Part shown: positions 12,086 to 25,509 of the stretch, piece by piece
Numbering within the stretch: position 1 is the stretch's first letter
Layout: each line of letters begins with the position of its first letter
Assembly (NCBI GenBank): GCA_951406725.2
Contig: OX597822.1
Location: forward strand, 99,944,001 to 100,008,000
DNA: 64,000 bases
Direction: 5' to 3'
Origin: Octopus vulgaris
Lineage: Eukaryota
Position numbers and translations under genes: made by a program
Notes under the pieces: model-generated
Told to the model about the DNA's origin: nothing
Seen by the model: only the letters and a program-made list of their open reading frames with translations
Database searches by the model: none

Positions 12086-12532
12086 TCACCATCACCACCA
12101 TATATATATATATATAACAAATAAGAAAATGAAGAAGCACATTAGTTGGTTCATCAGCTTTAGGATATTAAAATGTCGACTTATTTATCAAAATGACATG
12201 TGTGTGTGTGTGTGTGTGTATTTATATATGCATGTGTTTGTATATAGATATTTGTATATGTATACACCCACACATTCATACAAATATATATATATATATT
12301 CATTCTATGTCTGGTGACAGAGAAATATTACCTTACTTGGAAACACAGGTGGGCGGGCAACCAACAGGAAGTACTTCTGACGGAAGTGCTTCCGTCTCAG
12401 CAAATTCTATCAGCTGCTGGAAGCGTTATTGTTTTTGCTGTGATACTGACCAATTGGTATTTCTCAATACCATTCATGTTATGTGGTCTTGAATGAGATT
12501 TAAATGCATGAGCATTCTCAGCCTAGTTGGTA

Positions 12533-12965
12533 TCAACCCTTTAGCATTCAGATTACTGTGGTCTTGAATGAGATTTAAATGCATTACGGAGATGTACTTG
12601 CATAGCAAGTGACTTGATCTGAGATTGTGTGCTGGAGCAAAAACAATTGCAGCGTGGAAGGTGTTTATAAGCCATTTAAAAAACACACAAAAACCGTTAG
12701 ATTCACTTCAACATTTAAATTTAATTTGTCAAAATATTTTCGTCGCTTTGAGACCACGACCTGTTCACTGACAAAACTTTATGCTGCATTCACATTGCTT
12801 TGAATTAATCATGCATTATCTTGTAGCTTTGAGATTTCAATATGATTGCTTACTTTTAGAATGACATTGAAAGGTTGGTGTAAGAAGCCAAATCTGTCCA
12901 GTTTCAACATAAAACTGGTAAAATACTTAAGCCAGATATGGTCAGTTTAAATACTAAAGGGTTAA
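12533..12965 (+). mobile_element. MITE family 2 carrying an unrelated ~230-bp insert (~12559-12787)
   Basis: MITE ends are intact; the body resumes at cattcacattg. Confidence 0.75.
12725..12775 (-). ncRNA. Putative type I hammerhead ribozyme, G3:C8 variant
   Basis: Minus strand: UUUGUCA-GUGAACA-G-GUCGU..GCGAC-GAAA-AUA-UUU-UGACAAA. It has a 7-bp stem I, a 5-bp stem II and a palindromic stem III. Confidence 0.55.
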
Positions 12966-14945
12966 TCTACACACATGGAGACATATCTGGGATATTGCTA
13001 TTACTATAATCGCCATCACCATCATCATCAACACCACAATCATCATCATTGTCATTGTCACCATTCTCATTGAACATCTGACTTCCACAATTGCATGAGG
13101 TGAACAGTTTGACATGGTCTGATGAGCCAGAAGACAGCATCATGTGGTTCCTAAACTTTTCAGATTGATCCCCACCTTCTCATCTCTTGGCATCCAGGCC
13201 ACATTCCTAGTGCCCCCACCACCACCACCACCACCACCATCACCACTCACTACCACAAACAGACCACTTTCTGCAAGAAATTCAAAACAGTTGTATTTTG
13301 CAAATAAAACTAATTAACCCATTATTTTTGGGTTTTTTTGTTTTACATCTATTGCCCCCTTTTGGCTACCTCATTGTCACCCCCTTTTCTTCAATGACCC
13401 CTCTATCTTCCCACTGCCCTCTAGGGAACCACCAGTTTAACTGAATGCTTTTCCAAATGCCAACCAGTTTATGAACTGTACTGGGTGTTTTTTGTTTTGT
13501 TTTTTTTTTGGAGGGGGGGTTATGATGATGGTAGGGGAACACCAGCACTAGTCATGGTGGAAAAGAAAAAGCTAGTGATTTAGAATGGAATAAATTTGAG
13601 TTAAATCTTCAGTTCTAACAAGAAGTGAATCTATTTCTATAGCTCCTTAGCATGATATTCAACATCATTAATTATTAGTTGTTGGCTAATTTATTACAGC
13701 TGGTTTTTGTGCATTGTGTTTATCTCATTCTAACATCCATTTTTCCGTGCTTTCATTGATCGGGAGAAATTCACTGAGACAATTTCCTAAGCCGGATGTC
13801 CTTCCTGTCACCAACCCTCACCTGTTTCCAGGCAAAGCAATATTTCTCCATGGCCTGGTATGTTTTTCATGAAAGACTGGAAATGAATGTCACTCTTTTA
13901 CAACCACCAAACTATGTCAAGACCAAAACATACACATGGATACATACACATGGATGCATGCAAGTACACACATACATGTGTGCATGTAAGCGCACACATA
14001 CAAATGCACAAATATATACAAAATGGGTTCCTTTTAATTCTTCATCTATCAAATCCATTCATGAGGTTTTGGTTAGCCCAGGGCTATAGTATAAGACACT
14101 TGCCAAAGGTACCACAAAATGGAATTGAACCAGAAGTCACATGGTTGAGAAGCAAACTTTATAAACAGCCACAGACGTTGCTGTGTCTAAATGTACTGTT
14201 TGTTTCAAATTGTTCCCAGTTCATTCTGATAAAATCCATAGAGAAGGAAAAGAGAGAAGAAAAGAGGAGAGAGAGAGAAGTAGAGAGGAGAGAGAGAGAG
14301 AGTAAGAGAGCAGGAGGGAGTGATGGGCCACTTGTTCTTTATAATAGATGCAACTTCCTTCTCTTGTTCTCTCAGCTTCTGTAAAGTGGTTCAGCAATGA
14401 ATTTGACATTTCAAACTGAATATAACTTATTAGTTATGCGACACTAAATATATATATTCAATTACTATTCAGGTGTTGTTTCCTAATGTGTTGTTGTTAT
14501 CAAATGCTATGTTATCGTCCTCCTACTTAGCACTGGTATTCACTGATGGAGATGTTGGTTTGTTTTTGCTTTTATTTTGGTTTTCATTTCCCTTATTCGC
14601 TTTTCTTCATTTCTCTTCAAATACATACGCTATATACATTATATACATTCACGTACACACACAACCAGCTTCTGTTTGACATTATAAACATATTCTATTT
14701 ATACTCTAATCGTGAACATGGTGGGAGATTAACAAGCTTGATAGTGACATCAACATTATCACCATGTCTTTTTTTTTTTGTTTTGTCTTATTTTTTAATC
14801 TTACCCTCACTGCTGACTAACACTGCAAAAACACAAACAGCATTTACTTAAGATCTTTCTATGCGATACCTTTATGGATGCTAATTTTATCACCAGCTTC
14901 ATTCAGTATAAATGCAATATAGTCTGACTCCTTTACTTTGTTCCT

Positions 14946-15174
14946 TCAACCCTTTAGTGTTCACATTATTCTGCCAAAATTAATGCTTTTTTATCCACAT
15001 TGTTTTGAACTAATCATGCATTATCTTGTAGTTATGAAATTTTGATGAGGAAGCTGTTAATTTTTAAGATGATATTGTAGGGTTGGTGTGAGAGACCCGA
15101 TATGGCCAGTTTGAACATAAAACAAGCAGAATACTTTTGGCCGGATATGGCCGGTTTATATGCTAAAGGGTTAA
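14946..15174 (+). mobile_element. MITE family 2
   Basis: Closely similar to 9495-9723. Confidence 0.88.
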
Positions 15175-15223
15175 ATATTAGACACTAAAAAAATTAGTTT
15201 GGTGCATGTTAACCCTTTCATAA

Positions 15224-15548
15224 TCAATGGAAATTGCAGTTGTGATACCAGTGCCGGTGGCACGTAAGAGAACCATCCGAATGGGGCCGTTGCCAGTGCC
15301 GCCCCGACTGGCCTCCGTGCCGGTGGCACATAAAAATCACCAACCGATCGTGGCCGTTGCCAGCCTCATCTGGCATGTAAAAAGCACCCACTACACTCAC
15401 GGAGTGGTTGGCGTTAGAAAGGGCATCCAGCTGTAGAAACACTGCAAGATCAGACTGGGCCTGGTGCAGCCTCCTGGCTTCCCAGACCCCAGTTGAACCG
15501 TCCAACCCATGCCAGCATGGAAAGCAGACGTTAAACGATGATGATGAG
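15224..15548 (+). mobile_element. RTE-tail element, three array units
   Basis: Three ggcacgtaa-type cores and a (gat)n end. Confidence 0.85.
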
Positions 15549-15604
15549 GATTTCTGGCAAAATACACTACCTTAGTTTCATTTAATTTTGAAAATAATGA
15601 AGTG

Positions 15605-16020
15605 AGAGATCATTGCGAGAGCAACAAGTCGGCCTTCGTGCCGATGGCACGTTAAAAACACCGTGATCGTTACCTGCGTCGCCTTACTGGCACTTGTGCT
15701 GGTGGCACATGAAAAAAAACATTCAAGCGAGGTTGTTGCCAGTGCCACTGGACTGGCTCCTGTGCAGGTGGCACATAAAAAGCACCATTTGAGCGTAGTC
15801 ATTGCCAGTACTACCTATCTGGCCCTCGTGCCGGTGGCACGTAAAGGCACCCACTACACTCTCAGAGTGGTTAGTGTTAGGAAGGGCATCCAGCTGTAGA
15901 AACTCTGCCAGATCAGATTGGAGTCAGGTGCAGCCATCTGGTTCGCCAGATCTCAGTCAAATCATCCAGCCCATGCTAGCATGGAAGGCGGACTTTAAAC
16001 GATGATGATGATGATGATGA
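15605..16020 (+). mobile_element. RTE-tail element, four array units
   Basis: Same unit order as 7512-7964. Confidence 0.85.
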
Positions 16021-16762
16021 AGAAGAATTTGTTAAAGCATCGATACCATTATTAAGCTGCTGTCTGGAACTGAATTTAAAATATTTTGATGGAAGGTTTT
16101 AATTTAGGTTACTATGAAACAAGAAGTTGGTATTATAGAACTATGACCAATCTCAGGTAGGTCAGTACTAAATGGGTTAAATCATTGGTTGCTTCATTCA
16201 TGTTGCATTGCATTGTATTGCTTATTGAATTATGAAGTTCTGCAGGGAAAAAAAATTGACAAAAATTAGATCAATATGTCACTCTAAAGCAAAGCAGCTG
16301 AATGATGTGTGGTTAGTAAGATGAAATCGTTACACAAATTGTCTGTTGGCCAAATGTAGAAATGTCTGTGAGCCAGATCTAGAATTGTCTGAGAGCTACA
16401 TGTAGAATCAGGAAGCTACAGTATAAGAACCTACTTTAAAAGTTGTATTCTAAATAGGAAAACTTATTTTCTTATTACCCACTTTTTTGCCAAATTATTA
16501 CATGTTTTTAGTCATTTCAAGAACAAATCATCTGGTGTTGCACTAGGTTCCATCCTCCAAAAAAACTGTTCGTATTTGACTAAAATATTGGTTTCAAATT
16601 TTGGCACAAAGCCAGCAATTTCGGAGGAGGAGTAAGTCAATTACATCAACTTCTATGCTCTACTGGTACTTGAATTTGGACTCAGAACACAAGGATAGAC
16701 AATATATCACTAAGCATTTTCTTCGGCATGCTGACGATTCTGTCAGCTTGCTGCCTTAATAT

Positions 16763-16991
16763 TTAACCCTTTCATTACCAACCCAACTACTACTGGCTCT
16801 GGCTCTGTAGTACAAATATCTTGTTTTCATAAGTTCTGAATTAAAATCTTCCACCAAACCTTACTCACAATTTATGATCCTAACACTAACTGAATGATAA
16901 CCAAGTTATTTTACTAAATTCTTTGCTATATTTAAAGTAATTGAGAGAAACACAGAGCATCTCAACAGAAATACAGTAACGAAAGGGTTAA
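16763..16991 (+). mobile_element. MITE family 1
   Basis: TTAA at both ends; TIR ccctttc(a/g)ttac. Confidence 0.9.
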
Positions 16992-17149
16992 CCAGAGAAT
17001 TGAAATTACAAAGTTAGTCAGACTTCTGGGGGCAAAAATTCCACAATGATTCAAGGTAAGGTGTTTTTAAGCTGTATTCTAAATAAGCATCTAACATCAA
17101 CCAATATATAAATAAAAGTTTTATTAATCTATTAAATTCCTCCAAATTT

Positions 17150-17240
17150 TTTGCCAAACCGCTAAGTTACGGGGACGTAAACACACCAGCATCAGTTGTC
17201 AAACAATGTTGGGGGTACAAACACAGACACACAAACATAT

Positions 17241-17300
<60 letters not shown>

Positions 17301-17460
17301 CGATGGGCTTCTTTCAGTTTCTGTCTACCAAATCCACTCACAAGGCTTTGGTCAGCTCAAGGCTATAGTAGAAGACACTTGCCCAAAGTGCCACACAGTG
17401 GGAATGAACCCGGAACCATGTGGTTAATAAGCAAACTACTTACTACACAGCCACTCCTGC
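17150..17460 (-). mobile_element. SINE family B, 3'-truncated
   Basis: Matches 7010-7299. Confidence 0.85.
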
Positions 17461-17534
17461 CAAAACAATTCTCAATGATCCAAAACATATGGCCATTAAT
17501 AGGTATCACAAAATTTGTACAAGTGAACTCATTA

Positions 17535-17762
17535 TTAACTCTTTCGTTACTGTATTTATTTTGAGATGCTCTGTGTTTCTTTCGATTACTTTATATATAA
17601 CAAAGAATTTAGTAAAATAACTTAGTTATCATTAAGCTAGTGTTAGAAACATAAATTGTGACTAAGGTTTGGTGGAAGATTTCAATTCAAAACTTATGAA
17701 AACAAGACATTTGTACTCAGAGCCAGAGCCGGTTTCAGCCGGGTTGGTAATGAAGGGGTTAA
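17535..17762 (-). mobile_element. MITE family 1
   Basis: Reverse-orientation copy, TTAA-flanked. Confidence 0.9.
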
Positions 17763-18351
17763 TAAGTACCACAAAGTTTGTACAAGTCTACAAGTCAGCT
17801 GTTAATAGTTACCACAAAGTTTGCACAAGTTCACACTTTATACAACTTATAACGTATCAATTTATTATCATTTTGTAACTTCATAATCAAGCCTATTGGG
17901 AAGTTACACCTTCAGCCTACAAATCCTGGGATCAACAGGTCCAGTACAGTTATGATTATGAAAGACAAGAAAGAGAAAACATCCCAATAACATTTATTCA
18001 GAAAATATATTTGTGTTATTGATCTATATTAGATTTTTCTTCTTACTTTTTTTTTGGGGGGGTTCTTTTAAGTATTTATTAGGGTTTGTAATTGCATTTT
18101 AGCTATTTATTTAGCTCGGTTGAACTACAAGTGTGAAATAAAATCAATATTATATACTAATAACACTGTTACACAGAAGAAATGAAATCTATAGGCAACA
18201 CAAAAACACTCCAGGTGTTACAAGCTTCTCTACATTTTATTGCACAATGTGACAACATAATGGAGTGTAGTGTTTTTACAAAACAAGAGTACATGGGAAA
18301 AAATCTTCTACTGGCAAATGTTTATGTCATTATATATATATATATATATAG

Positions 18352-18387
<36 letters not shown>

Positions 18388-18615
18388 ATATATATGCTTG
18401 GAGATACATGGTGTTTTATAAATATGCCCAGTTAAAGTATCATAAAAATATGAAACTATTCGTAGCTCTTTTAGTTATGTTTTAAATTGATATTTATCTT
18501 TCAATATGGAGGTAGTACATTGATTGTTGATTCTACCTACATTGGACCTATACTTTACATACGCACACACACACACACACTCACTCACTCACTCACTCAC
18601 TCACTCACACACACA

Positions 18616-18808
18616 AGTAAACACATAAATGCAAAGCAAGGTGGAAAAATAATAGTACTCGATTACTTAAGGTAGAGTAATATGTTTTTATTAAAACTGC
18701 AAAATCTTCACAAAACTGTTACTCATTAAAACTGCCCAATGAATGGGAATGTGAAACTCTGAGTAACAGTCTTTTTTTAAAGATTTTGCAGCTTTAATAA
18801 AAGTATAT
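18616..18808. mobile_element. Foldback element, same family as 23113-23292
   Basis: ttttattaaaactgcaaaatct is inverted relative to agattttgcagctttaataaaa; contains gaaactctgagtaacag. Confidence 0.65.
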
Positions 18809-18814
18809 ATACAT

Positions 18815-18872
<58 letters not shown>

Positions 18873-18968
18873 TCCAATAATACTATATTTGTTCCACGTC
18901 CTCGCGTTGTTGTGTTTTCTCTTTGTGTTTTCATGTTTGGATTAACTATATATATATGATGATGATGA

Positions 18969-18999
<31 letters not shown>

Positions 19000-19221
19000 T
19001 GTTGTTATTATTATCATTATTATTATTATTATTATTATTCAACTCCACCCATGCCAGTAGCTTGTAAAAAGCACCCAGCACACTGCTAAGTAGTTGGCAT
19101 CAAGAAAAGCGAGATGACACTTCCTCAAGATCGGCAAACACATGCTGTAGCACGTCAGATGGAGTCTCAATACAGAAGGGAGATGAGACTTTCCCAAAAT
19201 TTCCAAATGAAACTAACGGCA

Positions 19222-19785
19222 GGTGCTGTTCTTGCATTAAGTTAAGATTGCCAGCACTACAAGCTCCTTCTCAACCTCTTATAGATCTTCTGGAAGACAT
19301 TTCCATCCAGTCAAAGGATTTTCTTAACAATATCAGACAATACAACTCTGCATTTCAAATGACATCGCTTGGTGCATCTAAGGATGGGGTAGAAAGGGCT
19401 CCTTAGCCGTAGTGAAGGCAATCTATCTAGGGAGATAACCTTACAATAAATCACTGGGTCCGTAGCTTAGAAATACTGGGTTGACGTCCAGCAGGAACAG
19501 CTTTGTTTCATGGAGGAGGAAAGATCTTCTTTAGTACTTGGTTGTACAATGCTTTCCAATGTGTGTAGTAGTGGCGCGCGCACACATTATTAGCCATTTG
19601 AAAAGACTATGAAAGTCTCGACCACGGTCGAACAATGATGATGATGATGCATCTAAGGAGATAGTTGCACATGGATTTAAGCCAATGTTCAAAGTTCAAG
19701 GGCAAGTCTATCACCTTATTGCTTCCCTGTTACCCACAAATGAACAACTACACTTCCTCCAAATTTACTTTGTGAGTAGGACAAC
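19222..19785 (+). pseudogene. Helitron Rep/Hel N-terminal fragment, split by an insertion
   Basis: CCSCIKLRLPALQAPSQPLIDLL..FLNNIRQYNSAFQMTSLGASK / EIVAHGFKPMFKVQGQVYHLIASLLP..FLQIYFV. NIRxYNSxFQMTS and FKxQGQVYH are characteristic Helitron motifs. Confidence 0.85.
19385..19647 (+). mobile_element. Unclassified short retroposon with (GAT)n tail and 12-bp TSD
   Basis: tgcatctaagga is duplicated at 19373-19384 and 19648-19659. Confidence 0.8.
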
Positions 19786-20649
19786 AAACCTGAAGGAGGT
19801 GTCAAAACTTCAGGCAATTGATCGTGTTAGATGCAGCGCTGACTGCCGCAAAGGAGATTATATCCCCTGACAGCTTTTTGGTGAGTTCAAAATTCACATA
19901 CCCCCTCCCCAATTTCTATGACAGGTTAGGGCCTAGAATACTCCAAAGAGAGGCATGACATGTCGCTTAGTTGAATTAGCTCAACATTTACTGCACAAAT
20001 GTTTTGTCATCAATGCTGCACTTTCCCCTATCACCTGTTTCAACATAACTGTAATATACACTTGCGTCAGAAATTAATTAGCACTTCTCAAATTTCTACA
20101 TTAAATAGGTTAAATTAATTAACCTATGAGCTGTTCAAAACGTCTTACGCGATGAGAAAACTTAGTATGGTGTGATTTCGGTCCTTGCGAGGCGCTACCT
20201 ATATCTATTAAACAAAGGAAGATTTGTCTGCATCCGCACTCCAAGTTGTTGTTGCACTGTCAACATCATAAGGCTGTAGACTCTCAAACTGCTCTGCAAA
20301 CAAAGTTACGTCATCGTTCTGCGCAACAGTGAACTCGCAACAAAGCAATAGTTCGAGATATGGCCACTAGGTGACAGCACATACCTTGAGTGAAGAGCAA
20401 ATCAAGGGTGCTAATTAATTTCTGACGGTAGTGTATATACAAACTATGCCATTTTAATCCCGAACAATGCCAGGTATCTCTGCTATACACGCACACATCC
20501 AGACCACCAGCCCTCTTTCACATGCACATACATACTCTCCTATACACACACGCACCTTCGTGTTGGGGGGGGTCATCTTTACTTTGTTATCTCCCCTACT
20601 TTCCCTCTCATGTGTTTACCTTCTGTGTGGGTCAGTCGCCATGATAACT

Positions 20650-20823
20650 CGTTAGCCACTACACATTTTTTTCTCTCCTTGTTTTTTCTGTGTCAGTTTC
20701 TGTAGAAGAGCATAGGCTCGAAACGTAAAAGACATTTTCTATTCCTGAGCGTTATACTAATACATCTGTTTGTTTTGTACACCACCTGTCTTCGTCTTTT
20801 GTTTTTTTCGTAAACTCTCCCTA
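20650..20823 (+). mobile_element. Probable PLE terminal-repeat remnant ending in (TA)n
   Basis: gagcataggctc-gaaacgta hammerhead-like half; the 3' part recurs at 60911-60978. Confidence 0.5.
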
Positions 20824-21665
20824 TATATATATATATACTTCTGTTCCAGTAATTTACTAATGAAACATATTTGCTATATCTACTAAATCTTCTGTTGTAA
20901 ATCAACAACTATTTTTCTTTTCTCCCAGTGCAAAACCTGGTACTACCAATGATTAGAAAAGCAGATAAGATCATAGTACATTTCTAAAAACCCAGACCGC
21001 AAGGAGTTTCTCTGTAGTTGCTGAATCTGCTAGAAATAGCAACCAACTGCTATCTTAAGTAAATAAGTCTACATTAACCAATGTAATCCCGGATACATCC
21101 CTACATAATAACAGCCAGTAGAAATGTTGGTTGTCAGGTTAGCCAGTTGGTCGGTTGAATTCTCCAGCCATACTTTACATTGCTTTATATTGTATAGAGA
21201 GAGGAGGAGAGAGGAGTGAGAGTAAAATAGAGATACAGAGAGAGCGAGTTAGAAAATTAAAATCAGAGGAACTCTGAAATTGACAAGCAGTGGTGAGGGA
21301 ATGATAAAGATGGTAAAAACTACATAGTTGATGGATGCTAAATACATAACATACATACACTCTCAGACATGCAATCTCCTATCCATGACAGACACATAAA
21401 GACATCACTGCTTGAGTAGAAAGATAGACTTGACAATCAGTTGGTAGGAGGAGGTAAAGAAGCATTAAGTTTATATAACCATGTGTTTGTAAGCATGCTA
21501 TATATCTTGTATTTTTTACTTGTTTTAAGCCTCAGGCTGTGGCCCTGCTGGGACACCACATTTACATATGGTTATGTATATAATAAATATATAATAGTGA
21601 TTGTTTACCCACAATAACAAACATATACTTCCAAAGTTATGCATCATATGACTGATAACACTCAA

Positions 21666-21700
<35 letters not shown>

Positions 21701-21701
<1 letters not shown>

Positions 21702-22083
21702 TCTTTTACTTGTTTCAGTCATTTGACTGCGGCCATGCTGGAGCACCGCCTTTGATCGAGGAAATCGACCCTAGGACTTATTCTTTGTAAGCCTAGTACT
21801 TATTCTATCGGTCTCTTACGGGGACGTAAATACACCAGCATTGGTTGTCAAGCGGTGTTGGGGGGGGACAAACACAGACGCACAAACACACATACATATA
21901 TATACATATATATATATACAGTGGGCTTCTTTCAGTTTCCGTCTACCAAATCCACTCACAAGGCTTTGGTCGGCCCGAGGTTATAGTAGAAGACACTTGC
22001 CCAAGGTGCCACACAGTGGGACTGAACCCGGAACCATGGGGTTGGTAAGCAAGCTACTTACCACACAGCCACTCCTGCACCTA
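21701..22083 (-). mobile_element. SINE family B
   Basis: Matches 6884-7299 with a small internal deletion. Confidence 0.9.
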
Positions 22084-23112
22084 TATACATATATATATGT
22101 GGATCAAAACAGTTTTTTTCAAATTCATTGGTCATCATTGGAGTCTATCAACAAATTTGAATCAAACTGTTTTGATCCATACATGTAACTCCCAAAAATT
22201 TTGAGTGCCCTTCTTTCGTTTGTCCTATCACTCATATATATATGCATATGGGAAAAGCTACTTTTTCCGTTGGGGCTTATATGCCCCATTATTAGTCTAT
22301 TTTCTTTAGTCATTACATAATGATTGCTTATAAAATACTATTATTATGATTTACAGAATAGTAAAAATTAACGCCACCTAACAAAAACCATTGTAGTAAA
22401 AGCATATATATATATATATACACACACATATATATATATACACATATATATACATGCACACACACACACACATATAAATAAAGATGGGATGTTCACAGAT
22501 AAAATATCTTTGATCAGGGCTGACCTGGGTTTATCAACAAATCCCTTTCTGCAACATTTTTCCCCAGCAACAATCCAAAACAAACTGATCGCATCAAGCC
22601 ATCCAGTCAAGAAATATCCTTAAAAGAAGATAAATACAATTACCAAAAAAAAAAATAATAATAATAATAATAAATGAAACTACCTAAATGCTATAGGGTA
22701 CTCTCTTTTTCCTTGAATAAACAAATGTAAAAAAAAAAGAGAGAGAGAGAAAAACATTATTTCTATAGCAAATTGATTGGTCAATTCTTTTTCCATTATG
22801 TTGAAAGTGGATAGCTATTTATTGTTTTATTGTCATGAAGATCACATCAGCAAACAAACAAAGCATACACTAACGCTTGCTGTGCTGTCTGAAGACAGCT
22901 ATCTTGTTTGGCCATTGCAACAGGCATTTTTTTTTTCAAGGTTACACACCAGGTTTCTAATTGCTGTAATGAACAAGTTTTGTCTCCGAAGTTTATTTCT
23001 TTATTTCATTTATTATTTGGTAATTGACATGGTAAATGGAACAGCAGGGTGTCTGTATTCTCTATTTACATTTCAAAGCTCTCTCTCTCTTACTATATAT
23101 ATATAAATATAC

Positions 23113-23287
23113 AGGAGTAAACACATAAATGTGAAACAAGGTGGAAAAAAGAGTACTCAAATACCAGTGGTAGAGTAATATGCTTTATTTAAAGCAGCAG
23201 AAAATTCAACAAAACCTGTTACTCTGAGTTGCCCCGGGAAACTCAGAGTAACAGGTTTTGTTGAATTTTCTGTTGCTTTAAATAAAG

Positions 23288-23292
<5 letters not shown>
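23113..23292. mobile_element. Foldback element embedded in (TA)n
   Basis: Near-perfect ~50-bp arms (atgctttatttaaagc...ctctgagtt / aactcagag...gctttaaataaagtat) around gccccggga. Confidence 0.85.
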
Positions 23293-23363
<71 letters not shown>

Positions 23364-23419
23364 TGTGTGTGTGTGTGTGTATGTATGTATATATATATAT
23401 ATTTTCTTTCACATTTTCA

Positions 23420-23802
23420 TACTTTTACTTGTTTCAGTCATTTGCCTGCAGCCATACTGGAGCACCACCTTAAAGGATGTTTAGTCAAAGACATTGATCC
23501 CAGGACTTATTCTTTGCAAGCCTAGTACGCATTCTATCGGTCACTTTTGCCAAACCATTAAGTTACGAGGACATAAACACACCAGCATCGGTGGTCAAGA
23601 CATAGCGGTGGGAGACAAACACAGACACATACACATTAATATATATTTATGCACATATATGACAGGCTTCTTTCAGTTTCTGTCAACCAAATCCACTCAC
23701 AAGGCTTTTGTTGGCCTTGCTATAGTAAAAGACACATGCCCTAGGTGCCACGCAGTGTGACTGAACCTGGAACCATCTGGTTAGGACGCAAGCTTTTTAC
23801 CA
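23420..23802 (-). mobile_element. SINE family B, older copy
   Basis: Diverged match to 6884-7299. Confidence 0.8.
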
Positions 23803-24174
23803 TATATATATCACTGGATTCAGTGTTTGTTTCTCTTTTTGGCTTCTGCAATTTTATTTTGGGATCTTCTATATATATGAAGAATTTTCTTCCATCTGGC
23901 TGTTTTTCTCTCTACAAAACAGAAAGTTGCATTATGGAACAGTCATTTTAATGAGATTTTTTTATTAATTTATTAACCGTTGAGATATGTCTGCACCACT
24001 GGATACTCCTGAACCGGTTTTTGTGTGTTCCACAAGAAGAGTCGATGCTAGATGTGTCGAAACAATTGCTGTCATTAATAATATATTCTCGTATAGTCCA
24101 TCTTCTGTCTTTAATTTGTTATTTACCTAACAATCATTCTGAAAGTGACCGTGCTTTACCAGTAAGCTACCAGG

Positions 24175-24410
24175 TGTTTTTCTAAGGATATGGACAGTAC
24201 TTGTCAGTGCAGTCGTTGGGATTTCTCTAAGACATGGTTCTCCTGGGATATTATCTAAATATTTCTGACATCCTTTACTTATCATACCCAGGGCAACCAC
24301 AATAAGAGGAACAGTCCTCACTTTAAGGTGCTACATCTTTTGTATTTCAATTTCCAGGTCCTTATATTTACCTAATTTGTCAAATTCCTTATCAGTGGGA
24401 ACACTTACAA
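24175..24410 (-). pseudogene. C-terminal fragment of a non-LTR element with a restriction-like endonuclease (R4/NeSL-type)
   Basis: DKEFDKLGKYKDLEIEIQKM*HLKVRTVPLIVVALGMISK..TVHILRK matches the K..KY.DL..EI / VP..+.ALG pattern. Confidence 0.7.
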
Positions 24411-25509
24411 CTATTAGTCCAGTGTGCCATGCAGTGAGACTGAACCCAAACTACAATGTTGGGAAGCAAATTTCTTAACCACACAGCCATACCAACACCA
24501 TGTTATCATTATTATTATTATTTTCATTTCCACCACCACCACCACCCTAGTGTCTAGGTCTGCAATATCATATCTTTTGTTGTATCTCAGTCATGTGACA
24601 TTTTATCTGAGAATCCTATGAAACAAAACATTCTTAGTGATGTTCTTCCAATTCTACTTTGGTCTTTCCTCCATCCTGGGTACTTTCTACAACTAATTTA
24701 TAGCATTTCTCCACCCTGTATCTATCATCTATTCCTATTACATATCGATTTTCTTCTTACAAACAATGTCTTTGTTAACTAGTCGATATCTCCGCTAAGG
24801 CAACACTTAACCTTTTTTCCGTTAGTTAACAATAGCTAAAACTCAACTCATCTTTCTCCATTTGCTTTGATTCTTCATGTCTACTGACATGCAACAATTG
24901 CATTGTGCTACTTAAATATGTCGTATATAATCAACTTTTCTTACAGTTAAAAAAAGTTGCTGTTGCCAACAGAAATAGCAGTTCTAGTACTTTTCCACTA
25001 TCCCTTCAGCCCTAGGCACTACGCTCCACCTTCAATACTAAATTATGTAATTTATCTACTATTTCAAGAAAGTTATTCCAAATTAGTTCTTCCTTATTTT
25101 CTATAGTTTACCTTCTTTTCAACATTGTTTTGATGCCTGCTTTTCCATGCTTACATGGGTCGGACACACTTTGTTAACACAGATTTTCCATGGTTTGATT
25201 GATGCCCTTTTTATGCGAATCTTTCACTTGTTTCCAAGCAAGGTAATCATCTTATAATCTATTGAATGATTTCACAGTCCAGATACGCTTTCAGCATTCA
25301 ACACAACATAGATTGAGAATGAGGTTGTCTTTTGTTTACAGCTAATGAACACATGAAAAGACAAGAAATATGAAATCTCTCACATGAACAAATGCATGAA
25401 GACACACAGATATACACCTATGAATATATATATATATATATATATAATCATAATCATCAGTATTATTATTTAACGTCTATTTTCCATGATGGACATTATA
25501 TATATATAT

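Noticed and set aside
12378-12396. Hairpin gacggaag-tg-cttccgtc
   Set aside because: An isolated 8-bp stem within decayed repeat sequence, with no further context.
22525-22619. Possible minus-strand exon (cttttaag / gtcagc) with one open frame
   Set aside because: The peptide is unrecognised and the weak donor lies in what appears to be a decayed repeat end.
23990-24075. gaaacaattgctgtc hammerhead-like half
   Set aside because: No convincing 5' core or stem I partner was found.
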